From Sphagnum compactum (lineage: Eukaryota), in assembly GCA_965153455.1 (NCBI GenBank), contig OZ234493.1, positions 15,304,213 through 15,368,212 on the forward strand: DNA of 64,000 nt, given 5' to 3'. The notes under the pieces are model-generated. The model searched no databases. It had not been told where the DNA came from and worked only from the letters and a program-made list of their open reading frames with translations. Position numbers and translations under genes: made by a program. Of this stretch, positions 52,112 through 63,684 are shown one piece after another. Numbering within the stretch: position 1 is the first letter of the stretch; each line of letters starts with the position of its first letter.

Positions 52112-55100
52112 CTAGCTTGAAATGGTTACATCATTCAGCCACTCAGACCTTATATAAAACAAACTTGCATTTGTGGTTTGATTAAGCACACTTGTTGGTT
52201 TTGTACTATCTAGTAATCTTGACAATGCATACATGGATTTTGCAACTACATGAGTTCTGCCTGGCTTATACATTACTGTGAAATCATATTCAAAGAACAA
52301 TAATAACCATCTAGCTGTTCTCCCTAAAACTTGTGGTTTGTTGACCAAATAGACCAATGCCATATGATCTACATAAAAGACAAACTTATTGCCCAACAAA
52401 TAATGTTTGAACTTGTGCAAAGAAAAAACCATTACTAAACTCTCTCTTTGTTGTGCTACAATTTTATTCTGTTTTTTTCAAAAGCATAGAAGCATACACT
52501 ATTGGTTGATCACTTTCCCTGTTACGTTCTAAGACAAAATAACCCCCACAACTAACAAGGACACATCTATATGAACATGAAATCTGGTGATATCAGTATT
52601 AGTGCTTCAATACACTTCTATTTAATCAATTCCCAGACCTTTTAACATTCCTTTGTTTAAAGGAAAGTTTCTTTATTTTTGGTCAGTTTAGTGATAGGTG
52701 CCATAATAGTAGCAAATTTGTTTATAAAACATTTGTAAAAGTATGCCATTCCATTGAATACTTGAGTCTACTGAGGATTTTTAGGTGGTGGCATGTTTAC
52801 TATTTCTTATATTTTCTTTGGATCCGATAGTTTCCTTTCTTTGGAAATAATAAAACCCAAGATCATCCCTAAAAATACCATAAATGCACATTTGTTTGGA
52901 TGTAGATTAATGCCATATTCACTGCAATTTTGAAAACATAATCTAAGCTTCTACAAATGACTTTCCACTATACACTATAAAGTCATCGAGAATATATCCA
53001 AATACTCTCTAAATGTTTTAGTAACAGCTCTCTAATATGTTGGAGGTCCATTTTTAACTCCAAACAACATCAACTTCCATATAAAAGCCCCCCAATATGT
53101 AACAAATGCAGTCTTGTATTTGTCCTTTCGAACTATATATATTTGATGATATCATGAATATCCATCCAAGAAGGGATATGCCTCATACCATATTATTGAG
53201 TTCAACACTTCATATGTGAAAGGTAATGGGTATGGATCCTTTTTTGTGGGTGCATTTCGTTTTTTGAAATCAATACAGATTCTCAGCTTGCCATTTTTCT
53301 TGGGTACTACTATTATGGGTGACAACCATGTAGTTTTTTCTATAGATTCAATGAATCCAACTGCTAACAACTTATGTATATCTTGTTTGACTATTGTAGC
53401 ATAATTTGGATTTATTCTATACTTGGCCCGATGTGTTGGTGGTATAGTAATGTTTAATTCAATTTTGTGTTGTGCTAACTTTGGTGGAATCCTTTTCAAA
53501 TCTTTGTATGTCCATGTAAAAACATCTTTCAATTCTTTCAACAACCACTCCACTTCCAACACCTTGCCTGTTTCCAACGGTGCATTAATTTTCACCATCT
53601 GTGGTTTTGCATTAGTTCCCAGATTGAGCTTCATCAATTGTTAATCCTCAGTTAACGTCCATCTAGCTATCTGCAATCCTTGTGTTTTGATGTTTGCTAG
53701 AATTTCATCCAACACAACACTCCCTAGTTGATGTATGTAGTGTGTATTTGGATACACCTTATCCTCCAGAACTACTTCTGGCTCATATCTGTTGCTAGGT
53801 ATATTCTTCTTTGTGCTTTGTACTTTAGATCCTTATTTTAAAATACTAGTCTTCACATTTGTATCCATGATCCCCCACATTTGTGGTTTTCATAGTATGA
53901 ATTGTTTCAAGTAAACTGATTGTTCTTATGGAGAACAATTCTGGCTTCGTAACAAAGATAATATCTTCTTTTCATCTATGATACCATTTTAATAATTGTA
54001 GCACAATAATACTTCTTGTCTTTTGACTTCACCTCCCAAATGTTTGGTAACTATAATTGTTCTATCTCATTCCCTTGTATGGTAACAATGTTACTTCCCC
54101 AATCATGTGCCATTTTAGCATCCCTCAACCATGGTCTCCCCAACAACATGGAATAACTAGAATCTACCAAACTATTCCAAAGTACAGTAAATGTAGTTAT
54201 GTAAGGAACACCATGAACATATATCTTCAAATCTCTGATCAACCCCATTGGTTTTGTGGTTGTTTGATCTACCATCCTCAAACTATATGGTGTAGGTTTA
54301 GGCTTTGGAAGCCCCAACCTCAATCTCAATTGTTTTGTGATAATATTAACTCCATAATCACCATCCAGCAACACATCCTCTATTGTATTTTTCCCAATTT
54401 GTACTTGGATAATTGCCATATGATTATCTATTGCTACAACAATTATCCCTACTTTTGGTACTCAAGAACCAACTTGTTTATACATGGTTTTTTTATTTAC
54501 ATTTTGAGTTTTCTTTGGTTTCAATTTCTTCCAATTATATCTCTTTAGCTCAAGAGCTATTTAAGCAATTGCCATAAGTTCAAAGTATAACTTGTTTCTA
54601 GCATCTGCTTACCAAAGTCCAGAATTTTTTTTTTTATTGTGATCAATTTCCCTTATGAATTCACTACTTCCTAAGATTTTTGTGTGTCCATAAGAGTAAT
54701 ATTTGGCATACTCGGGCAGGTTGTGTTCGTCCCTCCATGGATGTGGATGGCCCTTTTATATGGGTTTGTGTTTTCTACATTTGTTAAATTGTTTCCACCA
54801 TCGACTACTTCAACCGCTCTTCTTTCTCCTAGTCAGCAACATTTTTTACTTTTCTTGGTTCTCTATGTTTGAACACATGTTCTTCAATTAATTTACTTCT
54901 TGTGGTAACATTAACATCCACCATGTTCACATTTGCAATGATTGTTTGTGTCTTAACAACAGGTTGAACCTCTACTATTATCACAGATTTCCCATGAATA
55001 TTTTCTACATCTCAGCAAACTTTGGACAATTTGTCATTTTATGTCCATTCAAACCATAGATGTGACATGCATATGAAGATGTTGTCTATGTTTTTTGACT

Positions 55101-57590
55101 TGGTTGTGCCGCTTGTGTGGTTGCCCTTGGTCTGCTTTCACGTTTCCACATTGTGATTTGTCATCCCATAATTTATGCAATGTTTATCAATCTTCCCTGT
55201 ATACTTGTGTTTTTGCTAATATTGCCTGTTTGATACTACACTACTACAAAATGTGGGTGCAGTTCACTAGTCCCCATTCACTAGACCAGTGAATTCATTG
55301 TTTCTTCACTGGTCTTCGTTCACTACAACTAGTGAATTCATTCAAAATCCAGTGAAATCACTTGGCGTACAAGGACACATTTTGTTGTAGTGTTATGTGG
55401 TACTAACAATGCAAACCTTGCTTCTGCAGTAGTCATACCTTCTTCACACAACATTTATGCTTCCTTATGTTATTATAATGTTGATCGCTTCATCCTTGTA
55501 GTCGTAATTTTGAAGTATGATTGTAAACTCGCTTGAAACATAGTAGTTAAGAAAATTATCTATGGTTAGTACTTGTAAACCATGAGCCAACTTCTGAATC
55601 TGCTCATAACAAACTTCCACCCTTTTAGTCTCCTCATGCTTCATGTTCTTCAATTCCATGTAAATTTGTTTGTCATTTTGAGTCTTCCAATGACATTTAC
55701 AAAATGGTTGTGTAAGCTCCGAAAAAGTACAATCAATTATGGCACTAATCCGATGTCACATCTTTTAGCATATAACTAAACGCATTGATGATATACTCTT
55801 TAGAAGTCTCTGCATTTTCTTTTACTACAGAATTGAACATTCTGACATGAAAATCTGGATCAACATCTTTTTTGAAATTAGGATACTTAAAAGCTACCTT
55901 TGTTTAGCCTAACCTAATGGCCATCTCTGTGATCAAGAATTGGTACAATTACAATAATTGATTCTCAATATCCTCCTCTTGGATGCACAACATCTGCACT
56001 TTTGTACCTTCTAGCAGCCATTGAACTCATCATTGGTCAATATGTAGTCCTGTTCACATGAATAGTCGTTATTGGATTAGTAAACACCATTTGAGGTATG
56101 CCAACAACTCCAATAATAGCTGATGGTAGTGCCGAACTTTGATTCAAATTCCTGACTACTGAGACTCCACCTGATCCATTGCCCAATTTTGCGGCAGATT
56201 CAATTAGTACTCCCTTTTTGACAACATCTATGTTGGGCATAACAACCGTTTCCACTCTTATGGTCGTTATACCTACACCAAGTGATTAAGTAATTCCTAC
56301 TCTAACATTTTTTTTTGAGTTTCAACAATTGTCGCTTTTGACACTATTGGTGGAGGTGTGTTGATGCAAGATCGATAATGTTCCATTCTATGGTTACCCA
56401 TTGGTATCCACTATAGTGTAGTATGTGGATGTGAATACCCCTTTAGTTCTTTGCTATTGGTTTGAGTAGATGAACAAATTTGTCGACTTTGTGTTCCTAA
56501 TTGGCTTTACAACTCCATGTTTGTTCTAGACTATAGGAATTCCTAATTCTTGTTCTTGTGGTTGATCCATTAATGCTTTTGCCACATTTTGTAACACCAC
56601 ATGCCTAGCAATACCTGTTTTGATGTGAAAAGGTACAAAAAAAAATCCATGATTGCATGTCCTTCTTCACAGAATGCACAAACCCTTGAAAGTAATTTGA
56701 TAATCTTTGAATCCACAAATTCATGATCCCATGTTTCGGTTGTGTGCCTTGTTTGATCCAACTCTGGATTCCTTTAATGTGAATATGACTGTGATATTTC
56801 ATCCAACACATTCACTTGTGTCTCCACCTCCCAATGTTCCACTAGTTCATAGTAATCTAAAGATGCAGACTAATACATAAACATGGGTTGTATACCTCCC
56901 ATAACATCCTTCCTTCGATTAGTCACCAATTCTGGACTTGAGATTTCTTACGATTAATCATGTACTATAAAAGTCCCTGCTCCGTTTAGATCTTTACAAC
57001 ATTGAACCACAGATTGCAGCTGAGAAATATATTGCATCCGCTCATTCGGATGAATAGTTGATTGCATTTTTCTCTGTGGAAATCATCGTATGGAATTATG
57101 CCTTTTCTAAAGACCCCCCAGTCCATATGTCTCACCGTACCACTTCTTGTGGTAGAAACAACCTATGCCCTGTAGGCCTTTCTTTCGTTTTCAACATTCG
57201 TTTGTCCAACACCAGATTTCGATATGGGGTTTTTGTAAGCCCTACATATTCTTCTATATTTTTAGGATTGTCTTCTATTCGACTTTCAATAACTTGCCGA
57301 TTTGCCTCCAAGTTTAATTGTCACTATAAATTCCAAATCACCATCTGATTCATCTTGTTTCACAATTCTTTGTCTACAGAATCTGTAGATTGCTCTGTAG
57401 TCCTTACGACGTCAACCACGTAGACCTCTAATATTTTTTAACATACCCCTTAAAATTCTAAATTGAAAAAAAAACACCACTACTCATCTGAACGCTGTCA
57501 TCTATAGTATACAACAAAATTTGTAGAAAACCTTCCCATTATTGGAAGAAAGAATAGAAAAAAAAATTTCCCCACAAGATGGTTGCCAAA
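52112..57590 (-). mobile_element. Ty3/gypsy LTR retrotransposon copy A (non-chromoviral type), decayed and truncated before integrase
   Basis: PBS-like TTTGGCAACCATCTTGTGGGGAAA just after an LTR-like ...CA (57591). Gag (~55900-55450), zinc-knuckle remnant (~55030-55075), protease IEDVLLDGDYGVNII (54051-54419), RT WLSPIIVVPKKNGKLRICIDF...FLDGYS (53152-53637), RNase H HKFKHYLLGNKFVFYVDHMAL (52112-52432). Confidence 0.92.
55239..55392. mobile_element. 154-bp CACTA mini-element nested in gypsy copy A
   Basis: TIRs CACTACTACAAAATGTG / CACATTTTGTTGTAGTG (16/17 match). 3-bp flanks CTA/TTA. Interior filled with TTCACT(A/G)/CAGTGAA subterminal repeats. Confidence 0.85.
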
Positions 57591-58210
57591 TGGTAGAAGT
57601 GAAATTTAAATTCCTATAGAATATTTCATTTTACTATAACAATATATTTGCATTTCAGATGCATATGTTCATTATTTCTATCTTAAGCCGCAACAAACTT
57701 AACACTACCATTCATTCCAACATCAAATTCATGGTTATTGCATATAACCAGAATCTGCACTTTAAAATACATTATAAAAAATTCTAGAAATAAGATTACA
57801 ATTCATTTCATCATAATTTAACACTACAAAAAATTCACAAGAGATGAACATAGAATTCACTATAGAAGTTTATGCTTTTCTGCATTACTAAAAACATGAA
57901 TCCAAATTACAACATAATTCCATGTTTTTTGAAAAAAATCCAAAGCAACACGTAAAATCTATGTTATATCATAATAAAATTTGTGGTTCTCTATTGCAAG
58001 TATCTTTAGCTTTTCCTATTCTTCCCTGAAACTCTATGTCTCATCTTTTCCTCTCTCCCTCTTGTTCTCTAAAACTTTCCCCTTTTGAATTATGTGAAGT
58101 CACATCATCATGATCCAAACAACAAGAATTCAAAATTCAAACTAGCAAAGTTTTTTTACTAGTCCATATCCTAATTGTCTTGTTCATCCAAAATCACATA
58201 CTCATCGTAC
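57591..58210 (-). repeat. Putative LTR between gypsy copies B and A (outer boundary uncertain)
   Basis: Ends in CA immediately before the PBS of copy A and lies just downstream of the integrase of copy B. Purine tracts on the - strand at ~58040-58085 and 58210-58216. Confidence 0.45.
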
Positions 58211-58299
58211 CCCCTTAACAATAATCTCCAAATTGGAACTTCTCCTCCGTATTTTTTTGTTGAGTCCACAGAAATTTGTTCCACTGGTTGGTTCCCACA

Positions 58300-61200
58300 T
58301 TGTTATGAGCTTCTAATCTATTCTCCTATAAATTTTTCAGTTTTGTAATTCTGGATGTTAGCACTCTGGTTGGTTTTGCATTTCTGTGCTGACATAACAT
58401 ATTATGTTGGCATTAGAGGATGTAAACCATTAACTAACTGGTAGGGTGTATAATTTGTTACCACCTTGTAAGCAATCCTATATGAAAATAAAATTGTAGA
58501 ATATGTTCATCCTAGTCTATTCTTTTCTCATTAACCAACTTGGTCAATAGTCTACTAATGACTTTGTTAGTTGATTTTGCTTGTCCATTTCCCTATGGAT
58601 AAATATAGTACAACTAACATGCTTTAATAGAAATTGTTCTGTAGATGTTTTATTGTGTCATTGATGAAATGTGCTCCCTAATATGTAATTATGGTCAATG
58701 GACATCCAAATCTGGTCAGAATATACTCATACAAAAATTTGGCTATAACTATTGTAATATTGGTTCTGAGTGCCTTTGCCTCTATCCACTTGGTTGCATA
58801 ATATGTGGCTACCAAAATGTATTTGTTTCCTGTTAGTCTTCCTGTTGATTTAATCGGACCTATAAAATATAGACCCCACTTCATAAAAAGTTCTTCTAGA
58901 AGTATTGTTACCAACTTGGCCAAACTTTTTGTTTTGAGTCCTCTAATTTTCTAACAGTTATCATAGCTTTTGAAAAAATCATGAGTATCCTTGAATAAAG
59001 TTGGCCACCAATATCCTGCGTTTAGAATTTTCTTTGCAGTAATATCTACAACAAACTGTCTTCTAGCCATTATTTCATGTAGTTCTTTCAAAACAATTTG
59101 TGCTTCTAAGGTGGTCAAACATCTATGCATTATGTTGTCTTGTCCCACTTTGTACATAGTTCCTTTTTTCATAATGAAAGGTTATGCCTTTCTGGCCAAC
59201 TCTTATTTCTAAGTTAGGTTTAGAGTTTCTAGCATCTGACATGTTTCTAAATAGGTTTTTATTTGTTGCATCCATATAGGTTCTATAGAAAATAACGATG
59301 CATCCACAAATTGATCTGGGACACCCAATGGTTCTAAACTATTTGGCAATTTGGATAAAACATCAACAACTACATGTGTTTAACCAGGTTTGTGACTATT
59401 ATGAATTCATACTCCAAGAATAACAACCATCTTACTATCCTTCCTGACACCTGTGGTTTATTGACCAAGTACACCAGACCATACGGTCTATACAAATTTT
59501 TTTTTTTTTTCCCAACAAAAAAATCTAAACTTATGGAAAGCATAAACCATTGTTAAGGCTTCTCTTTTTGTAATAATATAATTTTGTTATGTTTTATTGA
59601 GCAATCTAGAGGCATATATTATAGGCCAGTCGTATTTACCAATTGGGTTCTATGCCACATTGCATCTATTGCCAAAAGTGATGCATCTGTGTGCACATGA
59701 AACTCCAATTGCCAATTTGGAGGAATTAGAATTGGTGCTTCCATGTACTTATGCTTGATCTAATCCTAAGCTTCTTGACATTATGTGGTTTAGATAAAGG
59801 GTTTTATTTCCTTCATCAACTTGGTGATTAGTGCCATGATAAAGGCAAAGTTCTTGATGAAACATCTATAAAAATTGAACCATCCCATTAAAAACTTGAA
59901 TCTACTGTGGATTGGTAGGTACTAGCATATTCACTATTGCTTAAACCTTTTTAGGGTTTGGTAATTTTCCTTCCTTAAAAACTATGAACCCTAAAATCAA
60001 TCCTCAAAATACCATAAGTGGCACATTTCTTCGGGTTAAGATTAGTTTTATATTCTTTGCATTTTTGAAAGTAAAGTTTGAATTTCATCAAATGATTCTC
60101 CATATCACTATAAACTATGAAATCATCCAAAATATTTTCATGAACCAATCTAAATACTTTCTGAAGGTTTTGTTAACTGCTCTCTGGAAGTTGGTGACCC
60201 ATTTTTAACACCAAATGGCATCATCATCCAAGCAAAAGCTCCCCAATCTATTACAAAAATTGTTTTGTATCTATCCTCAGGGGCTATTGAAATTTGATGG
60301 TATCTTAAATATCCATCTAGAAATTAATAAGTTTCATACCCTACTATGATGTTCAGTACCTCATTAGAAAATGGCAAAGGATAAGGATTTATTTTTGTTG
60401 CCGTATTGAGCTTCCTGAAATCCACACAAATTCTCAATTTGCCATTCTTCTTAGGCACTACCACTATGGGTGATAACCATGTAGCCTTTTCTATTGGTTG
60501 AATAAATCCAGCTGCTAACAATTTGTCAATGTCTTGTTTAAGAACTATAGCATAATTAAGGTTCAATCTATACTTTGCTTGATGTGTTGGTGGAATTGAG
60601 GTATCACATTCAATTATGTGTTGAGCCAATTTTAGAGGTATGCCTTTTAGATCTTTGTAAGTCCAAACAAACACATCCTTGAATTCCTTAAGTAGCATTT
60701 GAAGCTCCTTAGTCTTCTCCTTTGTCAATTGTGAATTAACCTTGGTGTATTGTGGATTTGCCTATGTGCCAAGATTTAGCTTAATAAGATGTTGTTCTTT
60801 AGTCAAAGTCCAACTTGCTATCTGAAGATTTTGTACTTATATTTTTGTTGGTGTCTCATCCACTTGAATATCATTTTACCTATGATGGTAATAGGTTTTT
60901 AGATAAACCTTGTCTTCCAATGAAACCTCTGGTTTGACACAAAAGTCTTCTGATTTCATTGTTGAAGGCACCACTTCTGTAGCTATTTGATCTGATGTCC
61001 TTTGATCTAGATCAAATTCCTCAGTGCTTTTGATTTTCGACACTCCAACATTCAACAATGAAACCATTTTTTTTGTGAGAGTAATTGTGCCAATTGAGAA
61101 TAATTATGGTTTTGTCTCAAAGATTATATCTTCCTCTCATTTGTTAACCCTTCCATCAAGTCATAACAAAAAAGTACTTGGGGCCTTCTAGTTTCTACTC

Positions 61201-62088
61201 CCAATTTCCTGTTAACTGATATTGTTCTAATTGTTCCATTACCTTGAACAATAATGACATTGTTACCCTAGTCATGTGTAACCTTTGCATCTCTAAGCCA
61301 AGGTTTTCCTAACAACATAAAATAGGTAAAATATACCACACTGTTTTTCATTATAACAAATGTGGTTAATATATGGAATACCATGTATGTGAATTTTCAA
61401 ATTTCTAATGATTCCTAAAGGTCTAATCGTATTCTGATTTGCCATTCTGAGGTGGTATGGAGCTGGTCTTGGTGTGGGTAAACCTAACTTTGTTTTAAAT
61501 TTTTTTGTAATAATGTTCACACTTGCTCCTCCATCTATCAAAACATCCTCAACAATGTTCTTCCCAACTTATACTTGGATAACTGCCATCTGGTTATCAA
61601 CCTCTATAGCTGTTGTGTTTAGTTTAGAATGTGTCTCAACCACTGTGGTTACATTAGGCTTTGATATATGTTTAGTAGTTACATTAGGTTTTTCTGGCTT
61701 CAAATTTTGCCACATATATATTTAAAGATCTGGTGTTATTTTCAACAATTGATCTAACTTCAAAGTATAGGTAGTCTCCAACATCTTGATATCTTGGAAT
61801 ATTTGTTCCATGGACATAACTCTATTGATAGGATTAGCAGACAAACTTTGTGATACAATTGGTTTTGTGGACACCTCAGATTCTGGCAATCTTGTCCAAC
61901 TTGTACTCCATTCTGCATTCTCCTTTGGAATCAGATTTTGTGGTGGGTCTTCTGCTTACGTCTCCTATATAGTCTTGTTAAAAGATTGTTGTAATATCTG
62001 CTCCTCTTCCTAGTTAGCAACAAACTTTTTCTTAATTGCCTCTTTGTCCTTAAACACATGTTTTTCAATAACCTTGCTCCTGGTGATG
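58300..62088 (-). mobile_element. Ty3/gypsy LTR retrotransposon copy B, decayed and interrupted at its 5' side by organellar DNA
   Basis: Protease VLIDGGASVNII (61293-61541), RT KDVFVWTYKDLKGIP...LRICVDFRKLN (60324-60728), RNase H (~59300-59700), integrase Zn domain KILNAGYWWPTLFKD (58951-59172) and core FMKWGLYFIGP...FGCPLTI (58678-58923). Confidence 0.92.
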
Positions 62089-62109
62089 GTATAACCTTTA
62101 ACGGCGAGG

Positions 62110-62254
62110 TTCAAACGAGGAAGGGCTTATGGTGGATACCTAGGCACCCAGAGACAAGGAAGGGCGTAGCAAGCGACGAAATGCTTCGGGGAGCTGAAAA
62201 TAAACATAGATCCGGAGATTCCCGAATGGGTTAACCTTTTGAACTGTTGCCGAA
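62110..62254 (+). pseudogene. rrn23: NUPT: 5' end of plastid 23S rRNA (with a few nt of upstream spacer from ~62092)
   Basis: TTCAAACGAGGAAGGGCTTATGGTGGATACCTAGGCACCCAGAGACAAGGAAGGGCGTAG is the known start of plastid 23S rRNA, with two CpG transitions. Confidence 0.93.
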
Positions 62255-62485
62255 AGACTCATTTGTTGCAAATTAGTTTCAAGTTTTCCATTCTTCGATC
62301 CTTGAATAAGCAAAACTAAAATACGACGAGCGTCTTTACTTAGGGGTTCCCACGGTGGGGGTAAATTTTTACGTCCAAATTCTCGCCATTGATCGGAAAT
62401 CCAAAATTTGAGTTTATTATCTCCCTTCGATAAATGTAATAATTTCCTATTCTTTTTCAGTTCATAAATCTCCTCCGTCAAAAGC
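62255..62485 (-). pseudogene. ycf1: NUPT: probable plastid ycf1 fragment
   Basis: Open frame KFWISDQWREFGRKNLPPPWEPLSKDARRILVLLI resembles, from memory, non-angiosperm Ycf1. Not verified by search. Confidence 0.55.
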
Positions 62486-62597
62486 CAAGGTGATTTCGAC
62501 TCTGACTACGAGAAAACCACCGATCCACATGTGATGTGTAAATAGAGAGAGTTGGGTACCATAATCAGTAGCTAGATATGGATAAGGCAACAATGTG

Positions 62598-62803
62598 GTT
62601 AGAGCTCGGGAACATAAAAAAATCAGCTTGCATAGTCCTTTATGGCTTCAATGGGGAACAAATTTGCGAGTAACTACTTCGAGAAATCGTGAAAAGCCCA
62701 TTGAGGTTCAATACGACCCTTTAGGCACTTCTTCTCAAATTTATGAACATTATCAACTTGGAAGAAATAAAGAAGAATTTTTTTTTGGTATTTATGTTTG
62801 AAC
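62598..62803 (+). pseudogene. rpoC1: NUPT: plastid rpoC1 C-terminal fragment
   Basis: [18 protein letters not shown]...REKPIEVQYDPLGTSSQIYEHY...IYV*T matches the RpoC1 C-terminal pattern (I.L.SPLWL.W...E.PIEV.Y..LGT...IY...IYIRT), with a CGA>TGA stop. Confidence 0.88.
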
Positions 62804-62856
62804 CCGCAACTTCCGTCTTGACAGGGCAGTACTCTAACCGATTGAACTACAATCCC
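62797..62856 (-). tRNA. trnD: NUPT: plastid trnD-GUC, truncated at the T-loop (pseudo)
   Basis: Minus strand GGGATTGTAGTTCAATCGGTTAGAGTACTGCCCT-GTC-AAGACGGAAGTTGCGGGTTCAA; the 3' acceptor half is missing. Confidence 0.9.
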
Positions 62857-63053
62857 ATTAAATATGAATTTATTATGTCAATCCATAAGCCTTTGTGTCA
62901 AATGAATTCTGGAATGTAGAATAAAAAATAATAAATATTTTTTATTTTTTGCGGGATTTCCCATACCTCCCCCAGGAAGGTCGAGAAATACCAATAATAT
63001 TAAGAAAAAATAAAATAAAATTTAACCAATTTTTAGTTTGGTAAAACCGAAAT

Positions 63054-63131
63054 TGGGTTGAGCTGGATTTGAACCAGCGTAGGCATTACCAGCGGATTTA
63101 CAGTCCGTCCCCATTAACCACTCGAGCATCG
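63054..63131 (-). tRNA. trnY: NUPT: plastid trnY-GUA lacking the first ~4 nt (pseudo)
   Basis: Minus strand CGATGCTCGAGTGGTTAATGGGGACGGACT-GTA-AATCCGCTGG...GCTGGTTCAAATCCAGCTCAACCCA. The trnY>trnD order and orientation match the plastid trnE-trnY-trnD cluster. Confidence 0.92.
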
Positions 63132-63480
63132 CCTAATAAGTAAGCCCCACAACCTAAAGCAGCAAAAAAAATAAAAATTTGCTACAAAATCCGGCTAACG
63201 GGGGTATTCCTGCATATGAAAACATAGTAATAGACAAGGTAATAGCTAAAATAGGATTGGTTTTGGCTAAAGCACCTAAATCTGCTATATATTTGAAACG
63301 GTTTTGACGTAATGCTAAAACTATGGCAAATACATTGATGGTCATTAATACATAAATAAAGACACCAATTAATAACGATTGAATTCCTTCTATGGTTCCA
63401 CATGAAAAACCGATAAAAAGATAACCTACATGTCCAATAGAACTATAAGCTAAAAGTCTCTTGACTTTGTTTTGGGCCAT
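63132..63480 (-). pseudogene. nad2: NUMT: mitochondrial nad2 fragment
   Basis: [37 protein letters not shown]...FSYAGIPPLAGFCSKF, then a frameshift before FAALGCGAYLL. Confidence 0.95.
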
Positions 63481-63482
63481 GC

Positions 63483-63683
63483 CTGGAGCTCTTTTTCTAT
63501 TGTTTCTCTCCGCCATTTTTCTAATCGCGGGTTGGTTACATCTACAACCTAAATGGAAACCAAGTATTTCATGGTTCAAAAATGCTGAATCTCGTCTCAA
63601 TCATCATTTGTTAGGACTTTTTGGAGTTAGTTCCCTAGCTTGGACGGGACATTTAGTCCATGTGGCTATCCCCGAATCAAGAG
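63483..63683 (+). pseudogene. psaB: NUPT: plastid psaB fragment
   Basis: [42 protein letters not shown](L)[23 protein letters not shown]. Confidence 0.96.
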
Positions 63684-63684
63684 A

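Noticed and set aside
62140-62481. 113-aa ORF as a gene
   Set aside because: A ycf1-like fragment running into the antisense strand of 23S rRNA.
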